The notes under the pieces: model-generated
The model's database searches: none
Told to the model about the DNA's origin: nothing
The model's input: only the letters and a program-made list of their open reading frames with translations
Assembly (NCBI GenBank): GCA_963805085.1
Contig: CAWDTA010000005.1
Span: 384,001-448,000 of the forward strand
Direction of reading: 5' to 3'
Length of the DNA: 64,000 bases
Source: an uncultured Veillonellaceae bacterium
GTDB taxonomy: Bacteria; Bacillota; Negativicutes; JARBTT01
Program-made: the position numbers and the translations under genes
Shown: in pieces, positions 40,508 to 50,457 of the stretch
Position numbering within the stretch: the stretch's first letter is position 1
Layout of the letters: every line of letters begins with the position of its first letter

Positions 40508-41083
40508 GTGTTTCAAGATCTTGTAATGAAAAACCGTAGTTATAGACGTTTTTTTGAAGAAGAAAAAATTACACAGGAAACGTTACTTAATTTAGTAGAT
40601 TATGCCAGGGTGGTGCCATCTGGAGCGAATAAGCAGGCACTTCGCTATTATCTTGCGAATGAGAAAGAACATAATGAACAGATATTTCAAACGTTAGGCT
40701 GGGCGGGATATTTAAAAGATTGGCAGGGGCCAGTTGCTGGCGAAAGACCAGCCGCCTACATTATTTTACTGCAAGATAGCAGTTATAAGATGGCTGCTAG
40801 TTTTGATGCTGGTATCGTTGCACAGACGATATTGCTTGGTGCAACTGAAATAGGACTTGGAGGCTGCATGATTGGCAATATCCAGGCTGAAAAGTTAAAA
40901 CAAGTATTAAATCTTGCAGGAAATTTAGAGATTGTACTTGTCATTGCGCTTGGAAAACCAAAAGAATCAGTTGTGATTGAAACAATGAATGGCAACGAAA
41001 ATATCAAATACTGGCGCGATGAACAGCAGATCCATCACGTACCAAAACGGAGCTTACACGATATTATCGTAAGTTCAAAGTAA
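40508..41083 (+). CDS. Nitroreductase family protein
   Basis: NRSYRRF, PSGANKQ, GLGGCMIG, HHVPKR. Confidence 0.92.
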   Translation: MFQDLVMKNRSYRRFFEEEKITQETLLNLVDYARVVPSGANKQALRYYLANEKEHNEQIFQTLGWAGYLKDWQGPVAGERPAAYIILLQDSSYKMAASFDAGIVAQTILLGATEIGLGGCMIGNIQAEKLKQVLNLAGNLEIVLVIALGKPKESVVIETMNGNENIKYWRDEQQIHHVPKRSLHDIIVSSK

Positions 41084-41148
41084 TCAAATTGAGATGAATA
41101 AAAAACAGAGATAACATTCCTTTTATTTAGGAAGTTATCTCTGTTTCA

Positions 41149-41427
41149 TTATAAGCCGTGTTTTACTCTATCGTGTTCTTCAGCGCGTTTGGCATTATTC
41201 CATCTATCTACGGTACCAACGAGATAGCCGGTAATGCGACGAATGCGGTCAAATTTAACTGGATCAAAATCATATTTCATCTCAACTTCATCGTTATCAA
41301 TTGTTAATTCTAAATTTTTCAATATTTGATTGGGATGATTCATTGTAATATATTCAATATAATTTAAAATCTCTTGTTTTTCAATTTCTCCATTGTGTAC
41401 GGTAACGTTTACATTACTGATGATCAT
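41149..41427 (-). CDS. Stand-alone NrdD C-terminal glycyl-radical-domain protein
   Basis: RIRRITGYLVGTVDRWNNAKRAEEHDRVKH in a 92-aa ORF with RBS GGAGG and a terminator. Confidence 0.85.
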   Translation of the reverse strand: MIISNVNVTVHNGEIEKQEILNYIEYITMNHPNQILKNLELTIDNDEVEMKYDFDPVKFDRIRRITGYLVGTVDRWNNAKRAEEHDRVKHGL

Positions 41428-41694
41428 AGCTTATTCCTCCAAAATGAATTTATTATTAATTTATAACCGTTATTAATTAATTCTATAGCTTATTTAAAAC
41501 TCCTGCTAATGATTTAAAATAAAGATGAATCATTTTATCTAAGGAACATAGGATGCTGCTCTTTTAGCAAAGCTAGTAAATAATTTTTGATTTTATGATA
41601 TAATGAATGGGCTAAATGTATAGGCTAGCTGTATAGGAAAACCTAGTTTAGATAAAATATAGCTTGAACTATCATCGTTTTAAGGAGATGTCAG

Positions 41695-42123
41695 ATGACT
41701 TTTTTTAATGATTTTAAAAAATTTGCTATGCGTGGCAATGTTTTAGATATGGCTGTTGGGGTTGTCATTGGAGCAGCGTTTGGAAAAATTATTTCTTCTT
41801 TCGTGTCTAATATTTTAATGCCACCATTAGGATTGTTGGTTGGTAGAATGGATTTTTCAAATCTTTTTATCAATCTTTCAGGTCAATCCGTACATACGTT
41901 AGCTGAAGCGCAAGCAGCTAATGTTCCAGTCATTGCGTATGGTTTATTTTTAAATGCTGTAATTGATTTTACTATTGTAGCATTCGCAATTTTCTTTTTG
42001 CTTAGACAAATAAATCGCTTTTGTCCGAAACCTGAACCTGAAGTTGAGCGGAAATGCCCATACTGTTTTTCCACCATTCATGAAAAAGCAACGAGATGTT
42101 CGCATTGTACATCGACACTTTAA
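41695..42123 (+). CDS. mscL: Large-conductance mechanosensitive channel with C-terminal Zn ribbon
   Basis: FKKFAMRGNVLDMAVGVVIGAAF; CPYC..CSHC. Confidence 0.95.
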   Translation: MTFFNDFKKFAMRGNVLDMAVGVVIGAAFGKIISSFVSNILMPPLGLLVGRMDFSNLFINLSGQSVHTLAEAQAANVPVIAYGLFLNAVIDFTIVAFAIFFLLRQINRFCPKPEPEVERKCPYCFSTIHEKATRCSHCTSTL

Positions 42124-42226
42124 CGGTGTCATCCTTATTACATAAAACGCTTACCCATTATGCGTGTTAAGCGATTTTATTTATAAATTTATAATTTCTA
42201 TAAAGAAAAGAGGTCAATATTTTATT

Positions 42227-43099
42227 ATGGATAGAAATGGTCAATGCTGGTGTGGTAGTGGTAAAAAATATAAAAAGTGTCATTTGAGTTTTGATGAAAA
42301 AATGGATAACATAAAACTAGATGAACTAAAAGGACATATATTACCACCACGCAGTATTATTAAAACACAAGCTGATATTGAAGGCATAAAAAAAAGTGCA
42401 AAGATTAATGATGCTGCTTTGGATTTAGTAGCTAGTCGCATCAAAGTTGGTATTGATACTGAAACATTAAATCAATTAGCACATGATTATATTGTGGAGC
42501 AGGGTGGGATTCCTGCTTGCTTAAATTATAGTGGTTATCCTAAGAGTATTTGTATTTCAATTAATCAGGTTGTGTGTCATGGCATCCCATCCAAAGATAC
42601 AATTTTAAAAGAAGGTGATATTGTTAATGTAGATATCACGACGATTTTAGATGGGTATTATGCAGATGCATCACGAATGTTTATGATTGGCAAAGTAAGT
42701 GAAGAGGCTGAAAAGCTTGTACGAGTAGCAAGAGAATGCATGGAAAAAGGTATCGCTGCGATTCAGCCATGGGGCTATCTAGGAGATATTGGTGCTGCGG
42801 TAGAGCACCATGCCCACGCAAATGGCTATTCTGTTGTAGTTGATTTGGGTGGGCATGGTGTCGGTAAGAAGTTTCATGAGGAACCATTTGTGCCACATGT
42901 AGGAAAACATGGCACGGGAATGTTATTGGTACCGGGTATGGTATTAACGGTGGAACCGATGATTAACATTGGCGGCTATGAAGTTTATACGGATAGTGAA
43001 GATGATTGGACTGTTTATACGGAAGATGATTCTTTATCGGCGCAATGGGAACATACGATCTTGATTACGGAAACAGGCGTTGAAATTTTAGCAAAATAA
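42227..43099 (+). CDS. map: Methionine aminopeptidase with N-terminal SEC-C motif
   Basis: CWCGSGKKYKKCH; VCHGIP, GHGVG..FHEEP, AQWEHT. Confidence 0.95.
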   Translation: MDRNGQCWCGSGKKYKKCHLSFDEKMDNIKLDELKGHILPPRSIIKTQADIEGIKKSAKINDAALDLVASRIKVGIDTETLNQLAHDYIVEQGGIPACLNYSGYPKSICISINQVVCHGIPSKDTILKEGDIVNVDITTILDGYYADASRMFMIGKVSEEAEKLVRVARECMEKGIAAIQPWGYLGDIGAAVEHHAHANGYSVVVDLGGHGVGKKFHEEPFVPHVGKHGTGMLLVPGMVLTVEPMINIGGYEVYTDSEDDWTVYTEDDSLSAQWEHTILITETGVEILAK

Positions 43100-43210
43100 A
43101 TTGCAATAAGATACCCAATACAAAAGCTTACTCTGCACAGGTAAGCTTTTGTATTGGATATTTTTAAGATGAGATAGTTTGGTAAAAATAATTTGAAATA
43201 AATTATCTAT

Positions 43211-43245
43211 TTGATATTGATTATCGATATCAAATATGTTATACT
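43211..43245 (+). promoter_or_regulatory. Fur-like box overlapping a sigma-A promoter (1)
   Basis: TTGATATTGATTATCGATATCAA; TTGATT-17-TATACT with extended TG. Confidence 0.75.
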
Positions 43246-43251
43246 GTGTTC

Positions 43252-43329
43252 ATAGCTTTTCATAGAGGCTCTCCAAAATATAAAATACACAACAAAAAAA
43301 GCTTACTTATGCTCAGGTAAGCTTTTTTT
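43252..43329 (+). ncRNA. Candidate Fur-regulated small RNA
   Basis: Promoter 1, ~78 nt with no ORF containing GGCTCTCC, then terminator AAGCTTAC..GTAAGCTTTTTTT. Confidence 0.55.
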
Positions 43330-43385
43330 GTGCACTTTTTGCGGTGCGATAGCTTGGTATAAAATAATTTATAATAAAACATATA

Positions 43386-43421
43386 TTTGATATTGATAAT
43401 CAATATCAAATTAGTTATAAT
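43386..43421 (+). promoter_or_regulatory. Fur-like box overlapping a sigma-A promoter (2)
   Basis: TTTGATATTGATAATCAATATCAAA; TTGATA-17-TATAAT. Confidence 0.8.
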
Positions 43422-43470
43422 AAATTTAGTTTTGAATACAAATATAGTTATCGTTTAAGGGAGATGCTTT

Positions 43471-44040
43471 ATGAATGTAAATCAACGGTTCGAACAGCTA
43501 TTAGCTTTTCATTGTGCACCAACATTGGCAGGGATAAAATCAGCGAATCTGATAAGTTGCCAGAAAGATAAATTCGCTGATTTATTTTCTTTACTAAAAG
43601 AGTATGAATGTTGTTTAAATTGTAAAGATATTTTCTTTTCAGTTTTATCAAATACTACTAGATTTGTTGTGGTCTTGGTCTACAGGAAAACAAAGTTGGA
43701 AAAAGTCTTAAATCAGGCTGAGAGCCAAGGAATATTAAAAAAATTTGCTTATAGGCAAGGCGATAGTGTTGAAAAGCATCTTAATTATTTAAAAGTGCGT
43801 ATGGCTTTTACTAAGACATTTCCACATGAAATTGGTTTATTTCTAGGGTATCCAATAGAAGATGTTTTAGGATTTATTGAAAATAAGGGACAAAAATTTA
43901 AATTATGTGGTTATTGGAAAGTGTATTCTGACGAAGCGAAAGCAAGAAAAATGTTCGAAAGCTATACAAAATGCAGCAATGTTTTTTGCAAACACTTAAA
44001 CGAAGGGATTTCTATTAAAAAACTTTTAAAAGCTATTTAA
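43471..44040 (+). CDS. DUF3793 family protein
   Basis: HCAPTLAGIKSANL, FPHEIGLFLGYP, GYWKVY; next to flavodoxin. Confidence 0.85.
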   Translation: MNVNQRFEQLLAFHCAPTLAGIKSANLISCQKDKFADLFSLLKEYECCLNCKDIFFSVLSNTTRFVVVLVYRKTKLEKVLNQAESQGILKKFAYRQGDSVEKHLNYLKVRMAFTKTFPHEIGLFLGYPIEDVLGFIENKGQKFKLCGYWKVYSDEAKARKMFESYTKCSNVFCKHLNEGISIKKLLKAI

Positions 44041-44057
44041 AAAGAGGAGGAATAAAT

Positions 44058-44486
44058 GTGGATAAAATTGCAGTAATTTATTGGAGTGGATCTGGAAATA
44101 CAGAAAAGATGGCCAAAGCGATTGTAAAAGGTGTTAATCAGGCAGGGGAAGATGTAGATGTTTTTCAAGCCAGTGATTTTAGTGCTAAAGATATAAACGA
44201 ATATGAAAAAATTGCTTTTGGTTGTCCATCGATGGGCTGTGAAGTCTTAGAAGAAACTGAGTTTGAACCATTTTTTCAAGAAATTGAATCTGCCTTAAAA
44301 GAAAAGCAAGTCGCATTGTTTGGCTCTTATGGTTGGGGGGATGGTGAATGGATGCGTAATTGGCAGGAACGCGTTATTCAAGATGGGGCGAAGTTATTCG
44401 AAGAAGGGGTAATCATTAATGATAAGCCGGATCTTGCTGGAGAAGAAAAATGTACAGCTTTTGGTGAGAGGTTCGCAAACCAATAA
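44058..44486 (+). CDS. Short-chain flavodoxin
   Basis: YWSGSGNTEKMA, GCPSMG, FGSYGWGDG. Confidence 0.95.
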   Translation: MDKIAVIYWSGSGNTEKMAKAIVKGVNQAGEDVDVFQASDFSAKDINEYEKIAFGCPSMGCEVLEETEFEPFFQEIESALKEKQVALFGSYGWGDGEWMRNWQERVIQDGAKLFEEGVIINDKPDLAGEEKCTAFGERFANQ

Positions 44487-44539
44487 ATAAAGAGCCAAAC
44501 TGGTATGTAATATTTTTTACTACAAACCAGTTTGGCTTT

Positions 44540-44857
44540 TTAAGTTAAATCTCCGTGAATTGCAAGCCAGATACAAGGGGGATTGCTTGAAGTATATTCA
44601 ACTCGATGTTTTTGATGTGCCGGCAGCAGAAGAAAATCGCCAGCGATGAGCTTTTTAAATTTATCATATTCAAAGGTAAGGATTGCTTCTCCTTGTAGAA
44701 CGAATACCAATTCGTCTTGCGGTTGGTCGTAATAAAAATTGGTTGGCGATTTTTGTCCTGCTGAAATAATCCTTTCTACAGTTAGATTTTGATTTTCTAG
44801 GATTGTTTCAAACAGTTCTTCTTTGCTTAGCGTATTAGGCAATTGAAATAAATTCAT
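44540..44857 (-). CDS. Cupin domain protein
   Basis: VERIIS, YDQPQDE, PAHQKHRVEYT. Confidence 0.85.
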   Translation of the reverse strand: MNLFQLPNTLSKEELFETILENQNLTVERIISAGQKSPTNFYYDQPQDELVFVLQGEAILTFEYDKFKKLIAGDFLLLPAHQKHRVEYTSSNPPCIWLAIHGDLT

Positions 44858-45034
44858 CGTAATTTCCTTTCAGTATATCAGTAATATAGATCATAAAAAG
44901 TTTAGTAGCTTGTCGAACAATGCTAGATGCTGTTGTTATAAATTCATAGTTTTGTGGTAATAATAGTGAAAAGAAAGAAAAACATTGTTGACAAAAAATA
45001 AAAAAACATATATACTATCTAAAGTAACGCAAGT

Positions 45035-45111
45035 GACTCTGTAGCTCAGCTGGATAGAGTGTTTGACTACGAATCAAAAGGTCGCAGGTTCGACTCCTGC
45101 CAGGGTCACCA
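45035..45111 (+). tRNA. tRNA-Arg(ACG)
   Basis: Full cloverleaf, loop CT-ACG-AA, CCA end. Confidence 0.97.
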
Positions 45112-45203
45112 TTTATTTTACTAAAAAAAATTGCTTTATACTAGATATTGATTTTGATAGAAATATCTGATAAAATGTCTAACATTGCCGGTATTATTTT
45201 TAT

Positions 45204-45280
45204 GGTGGCTGTGGTGAAGTGGTTAACACGCCGGATTGTGGCTCCGGTATTCGAGGGTTCGATCCCCTTCAGTCACCCCA
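45204..45280 (+). tRNA. tRNA-His(GTG)
   Basis: Cloverleaf with G-1, loop TT-GTG-GC, CCA end. Confidence 0.97.
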
Positions 45281-45295
45281 CTAAAATTTTTATAT

Positions 45296-45371
45296 TGGGG
45301 CGTAGCCAAGTCGGTAAGGCACGGGACTTTGACTCCCGCATGCGTTGGTTCGAGTCCAGCCGCCCCAGCCA
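45296..45371 (+). tRNA. tRNA-Gln(TTG)
   Basis: Cloverleaf, loop CT-TTG-AC, CCA end. Confidence 0.97.
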
Positions 45372-45378
45372 TATTTAT

Positions 45379-45454
45379 GATCCACTAGCTCAGTTGGTAG
45401 AGCACCTGACTTTTAATCAGGGTGTCCCGCGTTCGAGCCGCGGGTGGGTCACCA
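45379..45454 (+). tRNA. tRNA-Lys(TTT)
   Basis: Cloverleaf, loop CT-TTT-AA, CCA end. Confidence 0.97.
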
Positions 45455-45600
45455 TTGAATTTAATGCTTTTCAGACATTTGTTTGGAAAGCTTTTTTGTT
45501 TTTAGCTATATGTAAAAATGAGTAATATAAATAAAAGTAGTCGGTTTAGTTTACTTTGGTAAAAACTTGATTAATTAATATAATAATGTTAAAATTATTG

Positions 45601-45681
45601 TCGGTTACTCGTATTGGAGTCGAGTGAGGGCAATACTTAAGATGTAAGCTCTTTAAATTGTGATGATTTAAAGAGCTTTTT
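45601..45681 (+). ncRNA. Candidate pseudoknot leader/sRNA with terminator
   Basis: TTGATT-17-TAAAAT promoter; stem TTACTC/GAGTGA; loop GTATTG complementary to downstream CAATAC; terminator AAGCTCTTTAAAT..ATTTAAAGAGCTTTTT. Confidence 0.45.
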
Positions 45682-45791
45682 ATATGAAATAATATTTGAT
45701 AGCTGATCGTCATTAGGAGAAAGCAAGAGCTTTAATGTATTTTTAATGCAAAATTGAACCGATTTTTGTTAAGGGAGTGTGAAAGTAGATC

Positions 45792-46607
45792 ATGCCCAAT
45801 AAAAAAGCGATTATAGTAGTAAGTTTTGGTACAGCTAATGATGAAATCAGAGCCTTATGTATTGAAAGTGTCGAAAATAGAATTAAACGTAGCTTCCCTG
45901 AATATGAGGTAAAACGAGCATTTACTTCAAATTTTATTATTAAAAAACTAAGTGAACGGAATATATATATCGATACTTTACCCCAAGCACTAGAAAAGCT
46001 TAAAGCTGAAGGGGTTCAAGAAGTTATCATTCAATCGACACATTTAACGCCAGGGGAAGAATATGCGAATAAAGTCATTGCTGTAGCGGATGAGTATAAG
46101 GGTGCATTCAAAACGATAACGGTTGGTCGTCCTGTTCTAATGTTTGATGGCAGCGATCATACCACAGATGATTTTTCTATTGCGATACAAGCGATAAAAT
46201 CACAAATTCATTGCAATGAAGCGAATACAGAAGTTGTTTTTATGGGGCATGGTTCTCCTCATCAACATAATCCTGCATATGAACGATTGCAGAAAAAACT
46301 TGACGAAGCAGAAGAAAATATCACGATTGGTGTTCTTGAAGAAAGTGACTATCCTAACATAAAAGATGTTTTGGCTCGATTAGCAGGTAAACAGAATATA
46401 AAGAAGGTACTCTTGATGCCATTTTTATTAGTTGCAGGTAATCATGTTGTACATGACATGAATGGGGAGAAAGACAGTTCGTGGAAAAATACAATGACGA
46501 ATGCTGGCTATCTTGTTGATATTTATCTGCATGGATTAGGTGAAAATGTTGCCATGCAAGATATTTATGTGCAGCACATAAAAGATATCATTATAAACAA
46601 AACATAG
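45792..46607 (+). CDS. cbiK: Sirohydrochlorin cobaltochelatase, cytoplasmic
   Basis: VVSFGT, RAFTS, PGEEY, MGHG, VAGNH, GLGE. Confidence 0.93.
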   Translation: MPNKKAIIVVSFGTANDEIRALCIESVENRIKRSFPEYEVKRAFTSNFIIKKLSERNIYIDTLPQALEKLKAEGVQEVIIQSTHLTPGEEYANKVIAVADEYKGAFKTITVGRPVLMFDGSDHTTDDFSIAIQAIKSQIHCNEANTEVVFMGHGSPHQHNPAYERLQKKLDEAEENITIGVLEESDYPNIKDVLARLAGKQNIKKVLLMPFLLVAGNHVVHDMNGEKDSSWKNTMTNAGYLVDIYLHGLGENVAMQDIYVQHIKDIIINKT

Positions 46608-46870
46608 GTTATGATTGTATAATAAATATTTATATAGTTATTCGTAGTTTTCAATAGTTTGACAATTAGAATAACTATAGCAGTAAAGTTAGCTAACTAT
46701 GGCATTTTTATAGTAACAACAAATTGATTTGTGGCTGTATGCTTCTAAGGTGAGTGTTATTTATTTTAGGTCTAGTTATTTTTATAAGGTATATCTCTTA
46801 CGATGATCAATATTCATAGGATGATTATCGTGATTTTTCAGTAGTTATTAAATGATTTTGAGGTGGCAGA

Positions 46871-48832
46871 ATGTATAAAAGTCTTAAGACAAAACTTGTG
46901 GTATTATTTATTTTATTTGCATTCGTTCCGGTCGTTATTGGTACTGCATTGAATGCATATTTTAATGTTTTAGAGATGCGGCAAACAGCTTTAGCAGCAA
47001 ATAGTAATCTTACAAAAGAAATTTCCAATCAAATTAAGTCTTCGATGGATGACGCACAAGGGATCAATGAAGCATTAGCAGCAGCGCCAGCAGTGCGAGC
47101 AATGAATGCAGAGGCAATACAAGCTTTTATGATTGAAGTTCAGAAGAAAAATCCACAATTCGAATTGATCGCAGTACTAGATAAAAATGGCCAACAAATT
47201 GCGCGCACAAGCGGTAAAAATGGTGATCGTAGCGATCGTGATTATTTTAAAGAAGCAAAAAGTGGAAAAGTATGTTTTACTGATGCATATATTTCAGCAA
47301 CAACGAAAGCACTTTGCGTGACGATCTCCGCGCCAATTTTAGGCGCAGATGGCAGTATTGTTGGGGTAATCGCTTCAGATGTAAGCATGAAATCTTTGTG
47401 GGATATTACCGATGCAAATGTGATTGGTAAAACAGGGTACATTGATGTTGTTGATAATAAAGGGACAATTATTGCCCATCCTAATAAAGAAAAAGTATTA
47501 GCTAAAGAAAGTTTCAGTCAATATGAATATGTAAGCAAAGTCATTAACGGTCAAAATGGCTCGGTTGATGCAAACTCTACAATTGGTAATCAAAGCTTAA
47601 TTTCCTATGTGCCGGTTGAAAAATATAAGTGGGGTGTCATTGCTTATGAGCCAACCATGGAGGTCTATGCGCCTGTCATTAATAACGGTATCGTTATGGC
47701 TGTTATTGTGCTTTTATCTATTTTAATCAGTGGTTTTGTTGCCTTACGGTTAGCAAATAGTATTGTCAACCCAATTACAATGTTAATTGAGGGAGCGCAA
47801 AAGATATCCAAAGGCGATTTATCAAGTAAAATCAATGTGAATGGCGCTCTAGAAATCAATAAGCTTGCGCAAGAATTTAATCTTATGATTGATCATCTTC
47901 GCAGTTTAATTATGAAAACTACGGAAGCATCAGAAACTGTTTCAGCAGCATCACAGCAGCTTGCCGCATCGATTGATGCAGTAGGTCAAGCTACGCAGGA
48001 AGTTTCTGCGACAGTGCAGAAGGTAGCGGATGGGACGAATGAACAAGTTCGATTATCAGAGCATTCTGTTCAAGTGATTCATGGTATGATTGCGTACATT
48101 GAGAATGCCGCTAATGCCGCTGAAGGCGCAGTAAAAGTTACTGCTGATAGTAAGGAAACAGCCCATCAAGGCACGAAACAATCTGAAGATGCGATTGCTA
48201 GAATTGGTAATGTTCAGCAAGGGGTAAATGATAGTGCCGAAGTCATTAATCTTTTAGGAGAAAAATCAAGGCAAATTGGCAATATTATTGATGCCATTAC
48301 AGGTCTTGCTGGTCAGACCAATTTATTGGCCTTGAATGCCGCTATTGAGGCAGCTAGAGCTGGTGAGCATGGTCGTGGCTTTGCAGTAGTAGCTGAGGAA
48401 GTGGGGAAACTGGCTGAACAATCAGAACAGGCAGCCAGAGAAATTGCTGAAATTATCAGTTCTATTCGTCAAGAAACTTTAACGGCAGTGGAATCAATGA
48501 ATAAGGGAAGAAAAAATGTCGATGAAGGTGTCGTTGCAGTAGAAAAAGCAGGTGCTTCATTTCACGATATTTACAGCGCGATTACTGCGGCTAGTGAGCA
48601 GGTCAACAGTATTCTTGGCATTACCCATAAACAGAAGGAAAGTAGCTATAGTATGCAAGATTCTGTAGAAAAAATTGCTGATTTTGCCAAAGTAAATGCT
48701 GATGGAGCAGAAAAAGTAGCCGCTGCGAGTGAAGAACAAAACACAGCTGTTCAAGAAATTAAATCTGCTGCGGATGATTTGGCTAAAATGGCAGTTGAAT
48801 TAAGAATGGAAATAAGCAAGTTTTCAGTTTAA
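46871..48832 (+). CDS. Methyl-accepting chemotaxis protein with dCache sensor
   Basis: SDRDYF..DAYIS..IIAHP, HAMP, MCP motif. Confidence 0.95.
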   Translation: MYKSLKTKLVVLFILFAFVPVVIGTALNAYFNVLEMRQTALAANSNLTKEISNQIKSSMDDAQGINEALAAAPAVRAMNAEAIQAFMIEVQKKNPQFELIAVLDKNGQQIARTSGKNGDRSDRDYFKEAKSGKVCFTDAYISATTKALCVTISAPILGADGSIVGVIASDVSMKSLWDITDANVIGKTGYIDVVDNKGTIIAHPNKEKVLAKESFSQYEYVSKVINGQNGSVDANSTIGNQSLISYVPVEKYKWGVIAYEPTMEVYAPVINNGIVMAVIVLLSILISGFVALRLANSIVNPITMLIEGAQKISKGDLSSKINVNGALEINKLAQEFNLMIDHLRSLIMKTTEASETVSAASQQLAASIDAVGQATQEVSATVQKVADGTNEQVRLSEHSVQVIHGMIAYIENAANAAEGAVKVTADSKETAHQGTKQSEDAIARIGNVQQGVNDSAEVINLLGEKSRQIGNIIDAITGLAGQTNLLALNAAIEAARAGEHGRGFAVVAEEVGKLAEQSEQAAREIAEIISSIRQETLTAVESMNKGRKNVDEGVVAVEKAGASFHDIYSAITAASEQVNSILGITHKQKESSYSMQDSVEKIADFAKVNADGAEKVAAASEEQNTAVQEIKSAADDLAKMAVELRMEISKFSV

Positions 48833-49004
48833 TTTAAAGTACTTATGCGTGAATAAAATTTATTGTTCAATACTAGCTAAAGGTTATGAAATTTAGCTAG
48901 TATTGAACATTTTTGTATGTTATAGATGACCAATTGACAAGAACAAGAAGACGTGATAACATAACTCTTGAAATAAATGATTTTTATTTCACCATACAAA
49001 TAAA

Positions 49005-49175
49005 TAATCATAATGAAACAGGTGCCCGTAAGGGCTTAATAGGGAAATCGGTTGAATGCCGGTGCGGTCCCGCCACTGTAATAGGGAGCAAATCCAAGGA
49101 ATACCACTGGAGAGTTTTACCTCTGGGAAGGTTTGGAGGAGCGATGATCTAAAGCCAGGAGAACTGCCTGTTAAA
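49005..49175 (+). promoter_or_regulatory. Cobalamin riboswitch
   Basis: AGGTGC..TAATAGGGAA..CGGTCCCGCCACTGTAA..CCACTG..GGGAAGG..GCCAGGAGAACTGCC. Confidence 0.95.
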
Positions 49176-49322
49176 AAGTCACCGTTATGTACCTGCGAGC
49201 GATGGGGATGGGGATTTACATAGATATACATGTTAATATCTAAATAAGCCTTTTTTGCTATGCATAAAAGGCTTATTTTTTGTAGTGATATCTATAGAAT
49301 GAAAATAGTAGGAGGAAATTGG

Positions 49323-50216
49323 ATGAGATATGTAGTATGTAGTATTTTAATTGTTGTAGTTGCAATTTCGGCAATATTTATAACAGGGAATGCAAATGCT
49401 CATAAAAAAGCAATTGTAGTTGTTAGCTTTGGAACAACTTTTGATGATGCTAGAACAGAATGCATTGAAAGTGTTGAAAATAAAATCAAAGCAGCCTTCC
49501 CGGATTATGAAGTGCGTCGCGCTTTTACTTCAAGAATTGTTATAAAAAGATTAGATGAACGTGGTATTCATACGGATACATTAGAAGAAGTCTTGGACAA
49601 ATTGAAAACGGAAGGGTATACAGACATTGTTATCCAATCTACTCATCTGACCCCAGGAGAAGAGTATGATAAAAAAATTATTGCTCCTGTTAAAGAATAT
49701 GAGGCATCTTTCAAAAGTATAAAAATTGGTAGACCTATTTTAATGAATGATGGTTCAGATAAAACAACCGATGATTTTTCTGTAGCGATGAAAGCTTTAC
49801 AAACGCAACTCCCAGCATTAAAAGAAGGGCAAGAAGTTGTATTTATGGGACATGGCTCCCCACATCAACATAATCCAGCTTATCAAGCACTGCAAGAAAA
49901 ATTTGATGCAGCTGCATTACCTGTAACGATTGGTGTCGTTGAAGAGACCGATCATCCTAATTTCGAGGATGTAGTAGCTCGGTTAGCAGCAAAACAATCC
50001 GTAAAATCTATTATATTGATGCCACTTATGTTGGTTGCTGGTGAACATGCCAATAACGACATGGCTGGTAACCAAGATGATTCTTGGAAAAATTCATTAG
50101 AAAGTAAAGGGTATCAAGTGGATACTTATCTCCATGGGTTAGGTGAAAATAAAGCAATACAAGATGTTTATGTACAACATGTAAAAGACGCCATTGCGAG
50201 TAAGAGTGTAAAATAA
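49323..50216 (+). CDS. cbiK: Cobaltochelatase with N-terminal signal peptide (periplasmic type)
   Basis: Hydrophobic leader ending ANA; CbiK motifs as in the 45792 copy. Confidence 0.9.
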   Translation: MRYVVCSILIVVVAISAIFITGNANAHKKAIVVVSFGTTFDDARTECIESVENKIKAAFPDYEVRRAFTSRIVIKRLDERGIHTDTLEEVLDKLKTEGYTDIVIQSTHLTPGEEYDKKIIAPVKEYEASFKSIKIGRPILMNDGSDKTTDDFSVAMKALQTQLPALKEGQEVVFMGHGSPHQHNPAYQALQEKFDAAALPVTIGVVEETDHPNFEDVVARLAAKQSVKSIILMPLMLVAGEHANNDMAGNQDDSWKNSLESKGYQVDTYLHGLGENKAIQDVYVQHVKDAIASKSVK

Positions 50217-50457
50217 ATCATTAGAATTGAACGTTTCAATAAGAGTTGGAAATCATGCTTAAGGATTTTTACCTGTTAGTTTTCCTACAAAACGCAAAAA
50301 AGATAGAAAAATAACAGGTGAAATTGATTTTATATAGTATTTATAAGAAGTAATGAAACTATTACGTAGTTTGTTTATGCTCGGTGGCATGGCAAGAGTG
50401 ATACTGGCTGTTTTGCAGTAATTTAAATCATAGTTTTAAACAATTTAGGAGGAAATT

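Noticed and set aside
41695-43099. Zn-ribbon MscL and SEC-C-fused MetAP as novelties
   Set aside because: Both architectures are familiar in anaerobic Firmicutes
45035-45111. tRNA-Arg(ACG) as source of the att scars
   Set aside because: Anticodon loop, T-arm and acceptor end differ from the scar consensus
45148-45525. 125-aa ORF in the track
   Set aside because: Overlaps three intact tRNA genes; spurious
48913-49231. ORFs on both strands here, also 57884-58069
   Set aside because: They overlap cobalamin riboswitches
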